From a virus (taxonomy: Duplodnaviria; Caudoviricetes): a stretch of DNA of 42,230 bases. This document shows, one piece after another, positions 7,639 through 16,812 of the stretch. The stretch lies in IMG/VR virus record IMGVR_UViG_3300012940_001448, positions 1 to 42,230 of that record; one strand, 5' to 3'. Made by a program: the position numbers and the translations under genes. The number at the start of each line of letters is the position of its first letter. The first letter of the stretch is position 1. The notes under the pieces were generated by a model. That model did no database searches and had not been told where the DNA came from. It saw nothing but the letters and a program-made list of their open reading frames with translations.

Positions 7639-7973
7639 GCCTTTTGCGCCTGCTTCACGGCGTTGGCGACGGTCGAGAAGTAATTGCCTACAACATCGTC
7701 CGTCAGCAGCGCGCGGTTCTGGCAGATCGCGATGACGCCCGCCTTCAGCTTCGACACCTTGGCGACGCAGGCTTCGCTCTTGGTGGCGGCCTCAGCCTCC
7801 GCAATGCCGAGAGCGTTGCAGCCAACCGCAATGCCTTCCCTGACCTCAGCCAGCGAGGTGCGCACCTGCGCCATGATCTGGGCAGCGCGCGCCAGCGCCT
7901 CTGCGATAGAGTTGCAGCCGCCGAGCACCGGCGCCAGCATCAGGACAGCAACGATGGGAATGATCTTCCGCAT
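7632..7973 (-). CDS. Lipoprotein (possible spanin component)
   Basis: GGAGG RBS; MRKIIPIVAVLMLAPVLGGC lipobox. Confidence 0.75.
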   Translation of the reverse strand: MRKIIPIVAVLMLAPVLGGCNSIAEALARAAQIMAQVRTSLAEVREGIAVGCNALGIAEAEAATKSEACVAKVSKLKAGVIAICQNRALLTDDVVGNYFSTVANAVKQAQKAC

Positions 7974-7975
7974 AA

Positions 7976-8221
7976 TCAGCCCTCCCGCTTGCCGGTAGCG
8001 GCGCTGACAGTCGGAATATCGACGCGAGCGGCCGTCGCCGCCGGCACCGTCTTCGTGTCCCACTTGACGTAAATGCCCCAGGCCCACGTGAGGCCCGTGA
8101 TAATGAGGCCGGCAATCTGCTCGATCTCGGGGCCACCGATGCAGCCGTTGCAAATTCGGCCCGCCAAGGCGACGCCGATCGCAATCAGCAAATAGCGCAA
8201 GTTCTGCCAAACCAAGTCCAT
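7976..8221 (-). CDS. Putative two-TM holin
   Basis: 81 aa, two TM segments, downstream of the endolysin. Confidence 0.65.
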   Translation of the reverse strand: MDLVWQNLRYLLIAIGVALAGRICNGCIGGPEIEQIAGLIITGLTWAWGIYVKWDTKTVPAATAARVDIPTVSAATGKREG

Positions 8222-8270
8222 TGGCTCACACCTTCGATTTTGAGGATTGCCCGGTGCCGCCGAGCGCGGA

Positions 8271-8780
8271 TTACAGTTTCGCGATTTCCGCGATGACGCG
8301 GTTCTGCACGCTCGGCTCGTCGTCCATGTATCCGTGCGTCTGACGAACCGGGATGTCGAAAACGCCAGCGCGAGGCCTCAGAGCGCCTTGCCCAAGACCG
8401 CCGACAGTATTGCGGAAGCCGTAGGCCGTTTGGACATTTGAGGAGACCGAGCAGTCATATTGCTGGGCAGGGTCGACAGCCAGCAGCAGCGGAATGCGCG
8501 TCGTCGGGATCAGTCGCGCAGCCATGAGCAGAACGTTGGCCCCGAAGGAATGGCCGACAAGCACTACGGTCTGGCCGGCCTTTGTCAGCCGCGCGACTTC
8601 AGCCGCGATCTCTTCCTTGTAGGCGAACCACGCGAGGAAGAACCATGAATGGTTCCAGACCTGCGTGTTATAACCGGCAGCCTTCAGCTTACCGGCAAGC
8701 GTATCCATGCCGCGCGACCAGATCATCCCAAACAGCCCGCGCACGAGAATGACCGTCACCTTGTTGGGTGCCGTTGCCAT
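8271..8780 (-). CDS. Small alpha/beta hydrolase (esterase/lipase-like)
   Basis: LVRGLFG, GHSFG nucleophile elbow, VDP, C-terminal His (THGYMD). Confidence 0.8.
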   Translation of the reverse strand: MATAPNKVTVILVRGLFGMIWSRGMDTLAGKLKAAGYNTQVWNHSWFFLAWFAYKEEIAAEVARLTKAGQTVVLVGHSFGANVLLMAARLIPTTRIPLLLAVDPAQQYDCSVSSNVQTAYGFRNTVGGLGQGALRPRAGVFDIPVRQTHGYMDDEPSVQNRVIAEIAKL

Positions 8781-8802
8781 AGCAGTCTCCAATGATGTGA
8801 GG

Positions 8803-9417
8803 TCAGGACGCCGAGACGAGATCGGAGTGAAATTCCTTGGCGATCGATGCGATCTGATCGGCCTTGTCCAAGCCGTTGACGATGCGCCGCGCGTTGCGCC
8901 AGTCGGTCGCCTTGGCGTTGAAATAGTCCGACAGCTTCTTGCCGGTGAAAGCGCCCTTCACCATCCCGTCGATCAGGATGAAGGCAGCGACCTCAGGGAT
9001 CATCGCCATGTCGGGCTCTTTGAGAATGTCGACGCCGAACAGCTTCAGCACCGAGGCCTGATACTTGGCGTAATTGTTCTTCCAGGTGATCTGGACAAAA
9101 CCCCGGCCGCGGTACTTCGCGCCATCGCCTGGCTGCGTGTTGCCCATCGACCGCGCACGAGCCGGGTTGCTGCCCTTCACGTCATAGAGCCGGGTGAAAT
9201 AGGCCGTGCCTCCAACCTCAATAATCGGCTCGTAACGCATGCCGGTCTCGATCGCCGGCGTGGCGAGGATATAGGCGAGCCAGCGCAGATCCTTGTGGCC
9301 CGCCTTCTCCCAGGCATCGAGGATGACACTGATGCCTTTGACCTGGGCGGCCGTCAGCTTGCCCGGGAACGGCCCATGCCGAATCCCGTCGAAGAACCGT
9401 TTCCGGTCAATCGCCAT
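8803..9417 (-). CDS. Endolysin, glycoside hydrolase family 19
   Basis: LAYILAT..ET, GDGAKYRGRGFVQITWKNNY, ARRIVNGLD. Confidence 0.9.
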   Translation of the reverse strand: MAIDRKRFFDGIRHGPFPGKLTAAQVKGISVILDAWEKAGHKDLRWLAYILATPAIETGMRYEPIIEVGGTAYFTRLYDVKGSNPARARSMGNTQPGDGAKYRGRGFVQITWKNNYAKYQASVLKLFGVDILKEPDMAMIPEVAAFILIDGMVKGAFTGKKLSDYFNAKATDWRNARRIVNGLDKADQIASIAKEFHSDLVSAS

Positions 9418-9519
9418 CGAAGTCTCCAAATTTTCTGGAAGCAGCCATCAGCGCCGCGGCGCGCAGCCACGGCGAGTAAGGGTCAGACCGAATGGTCCAC
9501 TAACGTGGTGTCAGGGCGC

Positions 9520-10212
9520 TTATGCTGGCTGCCAAGAGGCGGCGCACATGGTTTCGCAGAACACAGTCCCGGCCGCGTTAGCCGCAAGCGTCAAATCGGT
9601 GCCGTCCGAGGTGAATATTCTCCAGGCCGTAGATGCGCCGCCGCCCGTTCCCGTTACGTCGGCATCCTTTGTAAGGCCCGCCGTCCCGGTCCATGTATGA
9701 GCCCCTGCGCCACTCGAGTTGGCGAAGGCACTAGCGAACACGAGTCCGCCTGTCGCGGCGTCAATGAGCGTATCGGCTCCGGCAACAACACCCGCCGTGT
9801 CGTAGACCGCAGGGTTGGCCCCAATCATCGAGTAGACGACAAGCTGGTTGATAAAGGCCCCGTTCATATCAAGCGAAAATGTTGCAGTGGTGCCACTTGA
9901 CCAAGGCAAAGCAAAAATCGAGGACCGAGCGGAATTTCCTGCCCCGCTATTTGTCTGTGCTTGCGTAGCTACCTCGGTCATCGGAGACCCATCTATCGTC
10001 AGGCTTATAAAGACCGGTATTGTCGGGTCACCATTATGAGCGCCAACAGATACGACCACAATCCGGCCAGACGTGGCAGGCCCGATGGATGTGCCTGCAT
10101 AACTTGAAGGATCGGCTGACAATCTCGATAGCGTAGCCGTCTTTGTAAAGATAATTTCCCCTGCGCGTCTTGCCCATATAAAACCGGGATGCATACCAGG
10201 AACAAAGCTCAT
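9520..10212 (-). CDS. Tail fibre-associated beta-rich protein
   Basis: G/S/T/A-rich; follows the fibre genes. Confidence 0.6.
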   Translation of the reverse strand: MSFVPGMHPGFIWARRAGEIIFTKTATLSRLSADPSSYAGTSIGPATSGRIVVVSVGAHNGDPTIPVFISLTIDGSPMTEVATQAQTNSGAGNSARSSIFALPWSSGTTATFSLDMNGAFINQLVVYSMIGANPAVYDTAGVVAGADTLIDAATGGLVFASAFANSSGAGAHTWTGTAGLTKDADVTGTGGGASTAWRIFTSDGTDLTLAANAAGTVFCETMCAASWQPA

Positions 10213-10832
10213 GGCCAGGCGATCCCAGCGACAACCGCTTCTGCATCAGTAATGGTTTCAGAGGTAGCAACGAGCGCTTTTGCCCCTAACCGCGCGGTTT
10301 CAATCTGACCGGCGACAGCCTCCCACATCGCCGACATATTCAAGACGAGTTGTGCCACCTGATACAGGTCGTCGCCTTCGATGCCGACCGAGGCCGCCAG
10401 CAACGGATAGTTCTGCGGGACAGGGGCACTGTCGCTTATGAACCGCTCGGCCTGTTCGAACTTGCGCTGATACGTCATCGCCTGCCCGGCGCCTGCCGTG
10501 ATGTACTTCAGGCGGCATTGCTCGGCTTCGCCATCAATCTGCCTAAAAAGGCGATCCTTGACCTCGACTAGCGGGATTTCCTCCAGATCAGCGCGCTCGA
10601 CAACCTCATTGTCAGTGACGACGAAGTACGGGGAACCGACCGCACGCATCCCATCCGGAATAGATAGCGGTGTGAACGGGAAGACGTTGAATTCCGCCCG
10701 CTCCTCGTCGCTAAAGGCATCAGAAAGGACCGTAGATGCGGGGGCGCGCTTTTCCTGATCCTCGCTGGTCAGGACAGCCGATGATGGCCAGATGCGAGTC
10801 GGCTCATCACCATGTAGGATTACATAGTTCAT
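10209..10832 (-). CDS. Tail fibre assembly/chaperone-like protein
   Basis: IDGEAEQCRLKYITAGAGQAMTYQRK...IETARLGAK...IAWP pattern; ATGA coupled. Confidence 0.7.
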   Translation of the reverse strand: MNYVILHGDEPTRIWPSSAVLTSEDQEKRAPASTVLSDAFSDEERAEFNVFPFTPLSIPDGMRAVGSPYFVVTDNEVVERADLEEIPLVEVKDRLFRQIDGEAEQCRLKYITAGAGQAMTYQRKFEQAERFISDSAPVPQNYPLLAASVGIEGDDLYQVAQLVLNMSAMWEAVAGQIETARLGAKALVATSETITDAEAVVAGIAWP

Positions 10833-12265
10833 GCGATTTGCTTTGCTGATGCGGAGAACTGGGTTGCGCTGATGCACAGCACCGTGATCACGTATTGCTT
10901 GGTGGACGTGATATCGCTGATCGACGGAAGATCGCCCGTGAACTGATTGCCGAAGGTTAGAGCGCGAACCGTCGCATCATTCCCAAGCAGCCAGATATTA
11001 CGGAAGGTTCCGGGTTGGCCGTTCGTTGGGTTGGCGATCTGCAGATTTCCTGTCAGCGTGATCTTGGGATTGACCTGAGATGCCCAATTTAATGCCACAG
11101 AGGCAGCATAAGTGACCGTTGTCCACGCCGAGGCGCTGGCGATCAAGTTGGTGGTGAGTATCCTGTCTGAAGTGGCTGCAGGAACATCACTGGCGGCAGC
11201 CAAGGCGGTTGTTACAGTGCCTCCAGAAATAGGCCAGACTTGGCGCCATGCACTCCAAGGCCCGTTGCTTGATGCGCGCAGATAAATCTGACTTCCGCCG
11301 ATCGGCGTAGCAAGCTGCTTTGCGTAGGTGGCACCGCCGAAAAAGGATAGTGACTCAATGTACCACCAGCCACTATCACCGTTGGGCGCGTTTGTAAGAG
11401 TGTTTCCGTAAAAGGGCCCTGAAAGAGCAAGACTGTTCAGGTCAGTACCGGTGATGTCGGCCCCACGATCAAAGCTGTATGTTCGAATGCCGGTCAGGTC
11501 ATTGTCGTCGCTGACCGTAATTCCCGAAGACTGAACTCCCTTCCCTGTCCCATCCGACCGGATAAGACGGTTGTCCGTACCGAACGCAGAAGCAGCCGTA
11601 ACATCGCCGATGCCTGCGCCATCAGCGCCTGGCTGGCCGGCTAGATTGATGGTCCAACTCGTGAACGTGCCAGAGCCAGACGACTTGTCGGCTGTGAAAA
11701 CAAGCGTGGTGCCCGAATATGAAGAAACGACACCTTCCATCCAGTTGGAGCCAGACGTTGCTCGGACACGAGCGCCGGGGGAATAAGCCAACCCTGACTG
11801 CGTCGTAAAGGTCTTCGCGCCCGTGTTGCCGATCGTCTGGGACGATGAAGAAGTTGCTGCGTATGAAGGGCCAGCCGGGCCAATCGTGCCCCTTAGGTCC
11901 GTCCCGGTATCTGTCCAGACGCCGCTGATGAGCTGATAGAGATCAAGCGTGGCCGTATCGGTGTCAACCCAGAGCGATTTGCTTGCAACGTTTGTCGGCG
12001 GAGCGCTGTTTTGAACGAAGATCGTTGCCCCATCAGGAAGATTATCGATCAGATATTTGACGCTCAACCGTGTATACGTACCCGTATCACCATCACGGAC
12101 CCATAACTCGCGGTCCTCCGGATCAGAGATCGTTGTCTCAAGCGCTAGAGCAGACCAATCCGGCTCGACTTTGTATGCCCCATTTTCTTTGACGACTGCG
12201 ATGCCACCGTCACCGGTCACAGTTGTCGGGAATTGCGGCGTCATCCGAATTCGCAAGTTGGCCAT
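10829..12265 (-). CDS. Tail fibre / receptor-binding protein
   Basis: LWVDT, GPAGP, and a knob-like LTNAP..WWYIE..QIYLR..WSAW segment. Confidence 0.8.
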   Translation of the reverse strand: MANLRIRMTPQFPTTVTGDGGIAVVKENGAYKVEPDWSALALETTISDPEDRELWVRDGDTGTYTRLSVKYLIDNLPDGATIFVQNSAPPTNVASKSLWVDTDTATLDLYQLISGVWTDTGTDLRGTIGPAGPSYAATSSSSQTIGNTGAKTFTTQSGLAYSPGARVRATSGSNWMEGVVSSYSGTTLVFTADKSSGSGTFTSWTINLAGQPGADGAGIGDVTAASAFGTDNRLIRSDGTGKGVQSSGITVSDDNDLTGIRTYSFDRGADITGTDLNSLALSGPFYGNTLTNAPNGDSGWWYIESLSFFGGATYAKQLATPIGGSQIYLRASSNGPWSAWRQVWPISGGTVTTALAAASDVPAATSDRILTTNLIASASAWTTVTYAASVALNWASQVNPKITLTGNLQIANPTNGQPGTFRNIWLLGNDATVRALTFGNQFTGDLPSISDITSTKQYVITVLCISATQFSASAKQIA

Positions 12266-12618
12266 CAGTACCCCGCCCCTTTAACAATAGTGATGGTCGC
12301 AAGAACTGGATCGTGCTTGAGGCCGTCCATGGTGAAACTGAGATTGGCCTGATACTGGCCCTCACAGAGTTTCCTCAATTCTTCCTTGGCAATGGATACC
12401 TGGAATTTGCTTGGCTCAATCAGAATGATCTTCCCGTTCTCTAAATTCGCGGTGACCTCTGCCCACCTGCAATTGGCCTTTCTGATTTCGAATAAGATTT
12501 CAGTCGCGGCCGAAAGATCGATACCCTGATCATTGTCGTCATCGACAAACTCAATAATTGGCGAGAGCCAGTCGGCATTGTTGGAAATCTCGCCGAGCGA
12601 ACCGCGATAAATGCTCAT
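12265..12618 (-). CDS. Virion accessory protein (BppU-N-like)
   Basis: IDLSAATEILFEIRK..GQYQANL pattern between fibre genes. Confidence 0.55.
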   Translation of the reverse strand: MSIYRGSLGEISNNADWLSPIIEFVDDDNDQGIDLSAATEILFEIRKANCRWAEVTANLENGKIILIEPSKFQVSIAKEELRKLCEGQYQANLSFTMDGLKHDPVLATITIVKGAGY

Positions 12619-12622
12619 GGCG

Positions 12623-13627
12623 TCATAGCTTCATGTAAATTGTTGCCAGCATTGTCGGCTGAATATTCGGATGAGCTAGCCCGCCGCCAGTGCTATCGGT
12701 CGTGAATGTGTGGCTGTGCGCGCCGTTTACAGTAGTGTCGGCAGTTTGGTTTTGCGCAATACCTTGGCCGCCGCCGCCTGACACGCCGCTATTGGACCTG
12801 GCAGTATCAACGGAGTGGGAGTGGTTTCCTGCAATCGATGTCGTCCCGGTATGGGTATGTCCCGGAATTTCAGTAATCAGCAGCGTGTGCGACTGCGTGC
12901 CGCCAGCCGCACCAAGAACTGTCGCTGATGTCCCGAAATACGCCGCGGTCAGCCGGCCCGCAGCTGTATTGCCGAGATCGTCCAATGCCGCGATCGTGCG
13001 ACCGCGCCAGTCAGGCAAAGCAATCGCTTTATTCGCCGTCCAGTCCGCGTTGGCTGATACGCCCCGGCCACCCGTCACGGCCAGGCTAGGATCGGTTGTC
13101 CAAAGATACTCAAAGAGCGGCTGGGTGTCCGCGTTCGCCCGTTCAGTGGCACCAGAACTGGCCGACCCGATCGTCCTGCCGTTCGCTCGGACCCACCCGA
13201 CATGATTGCCTATGCCATACCGAGGCTTGATGTCCCCGGTCTGAGCAACTGTCGTAGGGTCTACCTGAGAGCCGCCGCCGCCACCTGACGATGGTCCGAT
13301 CACCAACAGGTTGTCAGCCGAGAGGACCGTGACGCCCGAGGCGTTGGTCAGACGAAGCTTGATACTGCCATCGGCGAGGAAGAACTGAGGAAGCCGCCCG
13401 GCGCTGTCGCAACGGAGCGGATTTGGCAGCGGGATGGAAAGGTTAGAGTCCTGGTAGGCTGACTGCGGGGTCGTAGTGCCGGAGGCAAAAAAGTACAAAA
13501 AGCAGCCCGAGAGCGGCTTGCCCTGGTTGTCCAGCTGCTGGCTCAGGGAGAGATTAATGGTTCCGGCCGCCCACACAGGAGCGGTCAGGGCCAGCCATAG
13601 GGCCAGCCCCAACTTGAGCTTTTTCAT
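12623..13627 (-). CDS. Tail-collar-domain fibre protein with apparent signal peptide
   Basis: QQLDNQGKPLSG..SGTTTP..NPL..DSAGR anchor, GWVRANGRTIG, LPDWRGR, HTH/HSH repeats, HPNIQPT end. Confidence 0.8.
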   Translation of the reverse strand: MKKLKLGLALWLALTAPVWAAGTINLSLSQQLDNQGKPLSGCFLYFFASGTTTPQSAYQDSNLSIPLPNPLRCDSAGRLPQFFLADGSIKLRLTNASGVTVLSADNLLVIGPSSGGGGGSQVDPTTVAQTGDIKPRYGIGNHVGWVRANGRTIGSASSGATERANADTQPLFEYLWTTDPSLAVTGGRGVSANADWTANKAIALPDWRGRTIAALDDLGNTAAGRLTAAYFGTSATVLGAAGGTQSHTLLITEIPGHTHTGTTSIAGNHSHSVDTARSNSGVSGGGGQGIAQNQTADTTVNGAHSHTFTTDSTGGGLAHPNIQPTMLATIYMKL

Positions 13628-13702
13628 GGTATTTCCTGATAGGTCGCCGCTTGGAAGGCCCGGGGCAGCGGTGCTAAGGTCCGGCCTGCAGATGGGGGAT
13701 CT

Positions 13703-13870
13703 ATGGGCAAGTCAGCAGAAGAAGAAATCCGCGAGCGTCAAAATCGAATGGCAAAAGTAAGTCCGGACGCACTCAGCTGGGTGTGGCTCCGTGAGCTAAC
13801 AGACGAGATAACGCGCTTGCGCCACGATTTGAAGAATCGTCGTCCCGGCCCCGATGAACCCAACAAATGA
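13703..13870 (+). CDS. Small hypothetical protein (55 aa), counter-oriented
   Basis: GGGGGA RBS; MGKSAEEEIRERQNRMAKVSPDALSWVWLRELTDEITRLRHDLK..; promoter-like TTGGAA..GCTAAGGT upstream. Confidence 0.5.
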   Translation: MGKSAEEEIRERQNRMAKVSPDALSWVWLRELTDEITRLRHDLKNRRPGPDEPNK

Positions 13871-13985
13871 TTTCCCGCATCTCGTCGATTGACTGCAACG
13901 CGGCCTCTTTGTCCAAAGGAAGCTGCGATACAAGCTTCAACAATGCATGCCGGTTCATCACACGGATTTCATCCTGGTCGTTCAT
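13773..13985 (-). CDS. Hypothetical protein (70 aa)
   Basis: AAGG RBS before MNDQDEIR; convergent overlap with the 13703 ORF. Confidence 0.45.
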   Translation of the reverse strand: MNDQDEIRVMNRHALLKLVSQLPLDKEAALQSIDEMREIICWVHRGRDDDSSNRGASALSRLLAHGATPS

Positions 13986-14000
13986 GACACACCTTAGGTT

Positions 14001-14285
14001 TTGATGATGGCTAAGACTGACAGACACGGCAGGTGGTACCCATCGCGTCCGATCGAACATTTGATCTATTGGCCGGTGATGGCCGCTATAGCTGTGTTTC
14101 TTCTTTTTCTGGGATTCTGGCTCAAAGAGACCATTCATCCCTACTCAGAGGCGTTTGCCTCTTGGCTGCACAATTTAATGGGCGAGACCGGGCTCACGAT
14201 CCTGCTTTGGTCGATAGCAATTATCGCTGTTTGCGCCTTTATCTACGCATTCCGGGAGCGGCGACCGCCGAACCCTGAACCGTAG
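14001..14285 (+). CDS. Two-TM membrane protein, counter-oriented moron (possible superinfection exclusion)
   Basis: Two TM helices; opposes the late operon right after the ejection genes. Confidence 0.65.
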   Translation: MMMAKTDRHGRWYPSRPIEHLIYWPVMAAIAVFLLFLGFWLKETIHPYSEAFASWLHNLMGETGLTILLWSIAIIAVCAFIYAFRERRPPNPEP

Positions 14286-16812
14286 CCCTGAGTCCGCGAC
14301 CTGTTCCTGTAGCGATTTGGCTTGGTGCCGCGCGGGTCGCTGCAATCCCCTTCGACAGAGACGAGGCAGAGCGCATGAGCGGTAGAGCGGCGAGCGCCAA
14401 ATACTTTGGGTCGCCTGTCGTGTATGCAGCACCAACGCCAAGAGCCGACTGCGCAACACCAGCCTTGCCCTGCACCAACCGAGCAATTTCATAACCTGAT
14501 TGGCCCCGGTTGGTAGCGCGAGGATCTACGATCCGCATGCGGTCAATGTTGGCGAGCCGCACCATCTGCTTAATCTCAGTGTCAGAGAATAAGACCTTCG
14601 CGACAGGCGCCCCCTGCCCCTGCACAAAGTCCAGAATTGACTTCGACACCGCCTGTGGCCCAGAGCCTGTCTTCGGCTCAATCATCTTCATCCATGCAGC
14701 CTGCCGCAGGGCTTCCCATGCTTCAGACTTTTGCCCGACCGCGTTTCTCACTTCTAGAGCGACGCGGGCTGAACGCCCGGCTTGGCCGGCACCTGCTGTA
14801 CCCAAGAGCCAGTTTGCAACCTCGGCTCCTGTCCGTTCTTCATTCGCGATCTTGGCGACGATGGGCGTGGCGTCATCTTTGCCGCCCTTCGTCAAGCCTC
14901 GGTACTGTGACCAAAGGGATCGGGCCTCTTTCAGATCTTCCAATGCCGAGGGGTCGCCGGAGAACAGTCGCTTATCGACTGCGTCGGTAATCCATTCGTC
15001 ATAGGACGATCGAATCGCTTTGAGCGCCCGCGCGTCCTCCGGGCTAGCCGGCTTCACTTGCACAAGAGCCTTGCGAGCCTGCTCCAAGCCTTGGAGGCTT
15101 TGGGCGACAACGTTCTCATTGGCTGGGGAGCCTTCGAAGCCAGAAACGCGACGAAGGATATTCATAGCCGACTGAGCGCCAGGATAATTCCCGTAGGTGT
15201 CGAGACGGACGCCGCCGGCTTCAAGCTTTTCAGCAACCCGCTGACCAAGTTTGGCGACTTCATCGATCGCGATATTCGCTTCCTTGGCGCCGGCCCGATC
15301 GTAGGCGGCCTCGGATGCCGAACGGAGAGCGCCTGCCCGCTCCTTGATGCCTTGGGCGATAGCCGCGCCAGCTTCATCAGCCGAGGCGGCCCCGCCGAGA
15401 CTTTCAGAGATGCCCGCACGGGCTTGTGCAACCGCTTCAGCCTGCCGCGCATCGAAGGAGCGCACCGCCTCACCGGCCATAGGCCCGCGAGCGTTGTTTC
15501 GGGCGGCTTCTTCAAATGCCTGCTGGCCAACATTGCCTGTCGCCTGGCCGCGCGTGAGGGGGATTCCAAACTCCTCGGCTGCGGCAATGCGCTCGGCCGG
15601 AACAACGCCGTCCCCTGCCTCCTTTGCCGCGCCGAATGCTCTGCTGAAGCCCCGAGCCGCACCAGAGATTAAACCCTCGCCGACACCTCCAATTGCGCCC
15701 CCAAGGATGGCTCCTTCGGTCAATTTGTCTAAACGATCTTTTGCGCCTTCGCCGCTCGCTGCACCCTGCGCTCCACCAAGCGCACCGCCGATGGCTGCCG
15801 ATTGGGCGACGCGACCCAGCACAGAGGGAGCGGTCACAGCACCGGCAGCAGGAAGCCCAGTCGCTACCGCGCCTGTAAGGATGCCTGCAAGCGTCGCCCC
15901 GGGATTTGCTTCACGCATTCCCTCGCGCTGTCCCTGCAGGCGATCCCACTCGTCGCTATAGCCCTTGCTAAAGCCATCGCCACGAACGGCGCTTATGAGC
16001 CCGCCGGCCAGGGCTTGCGGATAATCGCTGATGTTTCCTGACGAGCCCTCAGAGGCACCAGCAATTGCGGCTTGCCAACCGTCACGCTCGCGGCCCTCTG
16101 ACCTTCCCCGCTCACGCGGAGACTGACGCTCACGTAGGGCGCCCTTTAATTCTGCTGTCGGCGCTGCGGCCGGGCTATCACCAGCGAAACGCTGATCGAT
16201 TGTGTCGCCTTCTTGAGCAGCAGGCGCAACGGGATCATTCGCCCACCAGTTTTCCTCCTGCTGCGGCCGGCGAGACTGGGCGCTAAACTCCTGTGACATA
16301 CGCTGCCCAAAGCCAGATGTCGCGCGGTTTGGCTCGGCACCGCCGGGAAGGCTTGTCCACGTCTTGCCGAGTGCCCCAGCAACGAAGTTTAGCTTCGCGG
16401 GGTTATCTTTTGCGCCTTCCAGATCCGCCCAGAGATCACGGCCCTTGGTGCGGGCCTTGTAATCGCGCTCAGCCAGCCACACCGCGGCGGCGTCCTGCGA
16501 TTCAGGGGAAAAGTCCGTAAGCCCGAGAGCGTTCTTTGCCTCATCCCAGGTACTCTGCAGAAACTGGTAACGACCAGCCGCCGAAGATGTCCGGCCAGCA
16601 TTCGGCCCGCTTGTGATCGGGATGTTTTGGCGCGGATGATCGTTCAATTCCTCGAAACGGCCACCGCCATACATCGTGTTGTAATCCGGGGATTCGCCTG
16701 CGGCGACGGAATTGAGGAAAGACTGCTGAACAGGCGTGATCGTGATCCGGGGCCGGCTGGCCGAAGCCGAGTTGCTGCCAGCGATCGGATCATTCGTCCA
16801 CCAATCACTCAT
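14239..16812 (-). CDS. Large DNA ejection protein with N-terminal lambda-type lysozyme domain
   Basis: GES.DYNTMYGG..HPR..SSAAGRYQFLQSTW..FSPESQD; Ala/Gly-rich body. Confidence 0.85.
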   Translation of the reverse strand: MSDWWTNDPIAGSNSASASRPRITITPVQQSFLNSVAAGESPDYNTMYGGGRFEELNDHPRQNIPITSGPNAGRTSSAAGRYQFLQSTWDEAKNALGLTDFSPESQDAAAVWLAERDYKARTKGRDLWADLEGAKDNPAKLNFVAGALGKTWTSLPGGAEPNRATSGFGQRMSQEFSAQSRRPQQEENWWANDPVAPAAQEGDTIDQRFAGDSPAAAPTAELKGALRERQSPRERGRSEGRERDGWQAAIAGASEGSSGNISDYPQALAGGLISAVRGDGFSKGYSDEWDRLQGQREGMREANPGATLAGILTGAVATGLPAAGAVTAPSVLGRVAQSAAIGGALGGAQGAASGEGAKDRLDKLTEGAILGGAIGGVGEGLISGAARGFSRAFGAAKEAGDGVVPAERIAAAEEFGIPLTRGQATGNVGQQAFEEAARNNARGPMAGEAVRSFDARQAEAVAQARAGISESLGGAASADEAGAAIAQGIKERAGALRSASEAAYDRAGAKEANIAIDEVAKLGQRVAEKLEAGGVRLDTYGNYPGAQSAMNILRRVSGFEGSPANENVVAQSLQGLEQARKALVQVKPASPEDARALKAIRSSYDEWITDAVDKRLFSGDPSALEDLKEARSLWSQYRGLTKGGKDDATPIVAKIANEERTGAEVANWLLGTAGAGQAGRSARVALEVRNAVGQKSEAWEALRQAAWMKMIEPKTGSGPQAVSKSILDFVQGQGAPVAKVLFSDTEIKQMVRLANIDRMRIVDPRATNRGQSGYEIARLVQGKAGVAQSALGVGAAYTTGDPKYLALAALPLMRSASSLSKGIAATRAAPSQIATGTGRGLRATVQGSAVAAPGMRR

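Noticed and set aside
8707-9900. 397-aa plus-strand ORF, and similar long antisense ORFs at 22057-23007 and 24482-25465
   Set aside because: Shadow frames of clear minus-strand genes in GC-rich DNA, with no recognisable motifs.
9520-13627. DGR or invertase-driven fibre variation
   Set aside because: No reverse transcriptase, serine invertase, TR/VR pair or flanking inverted repeats were seen.
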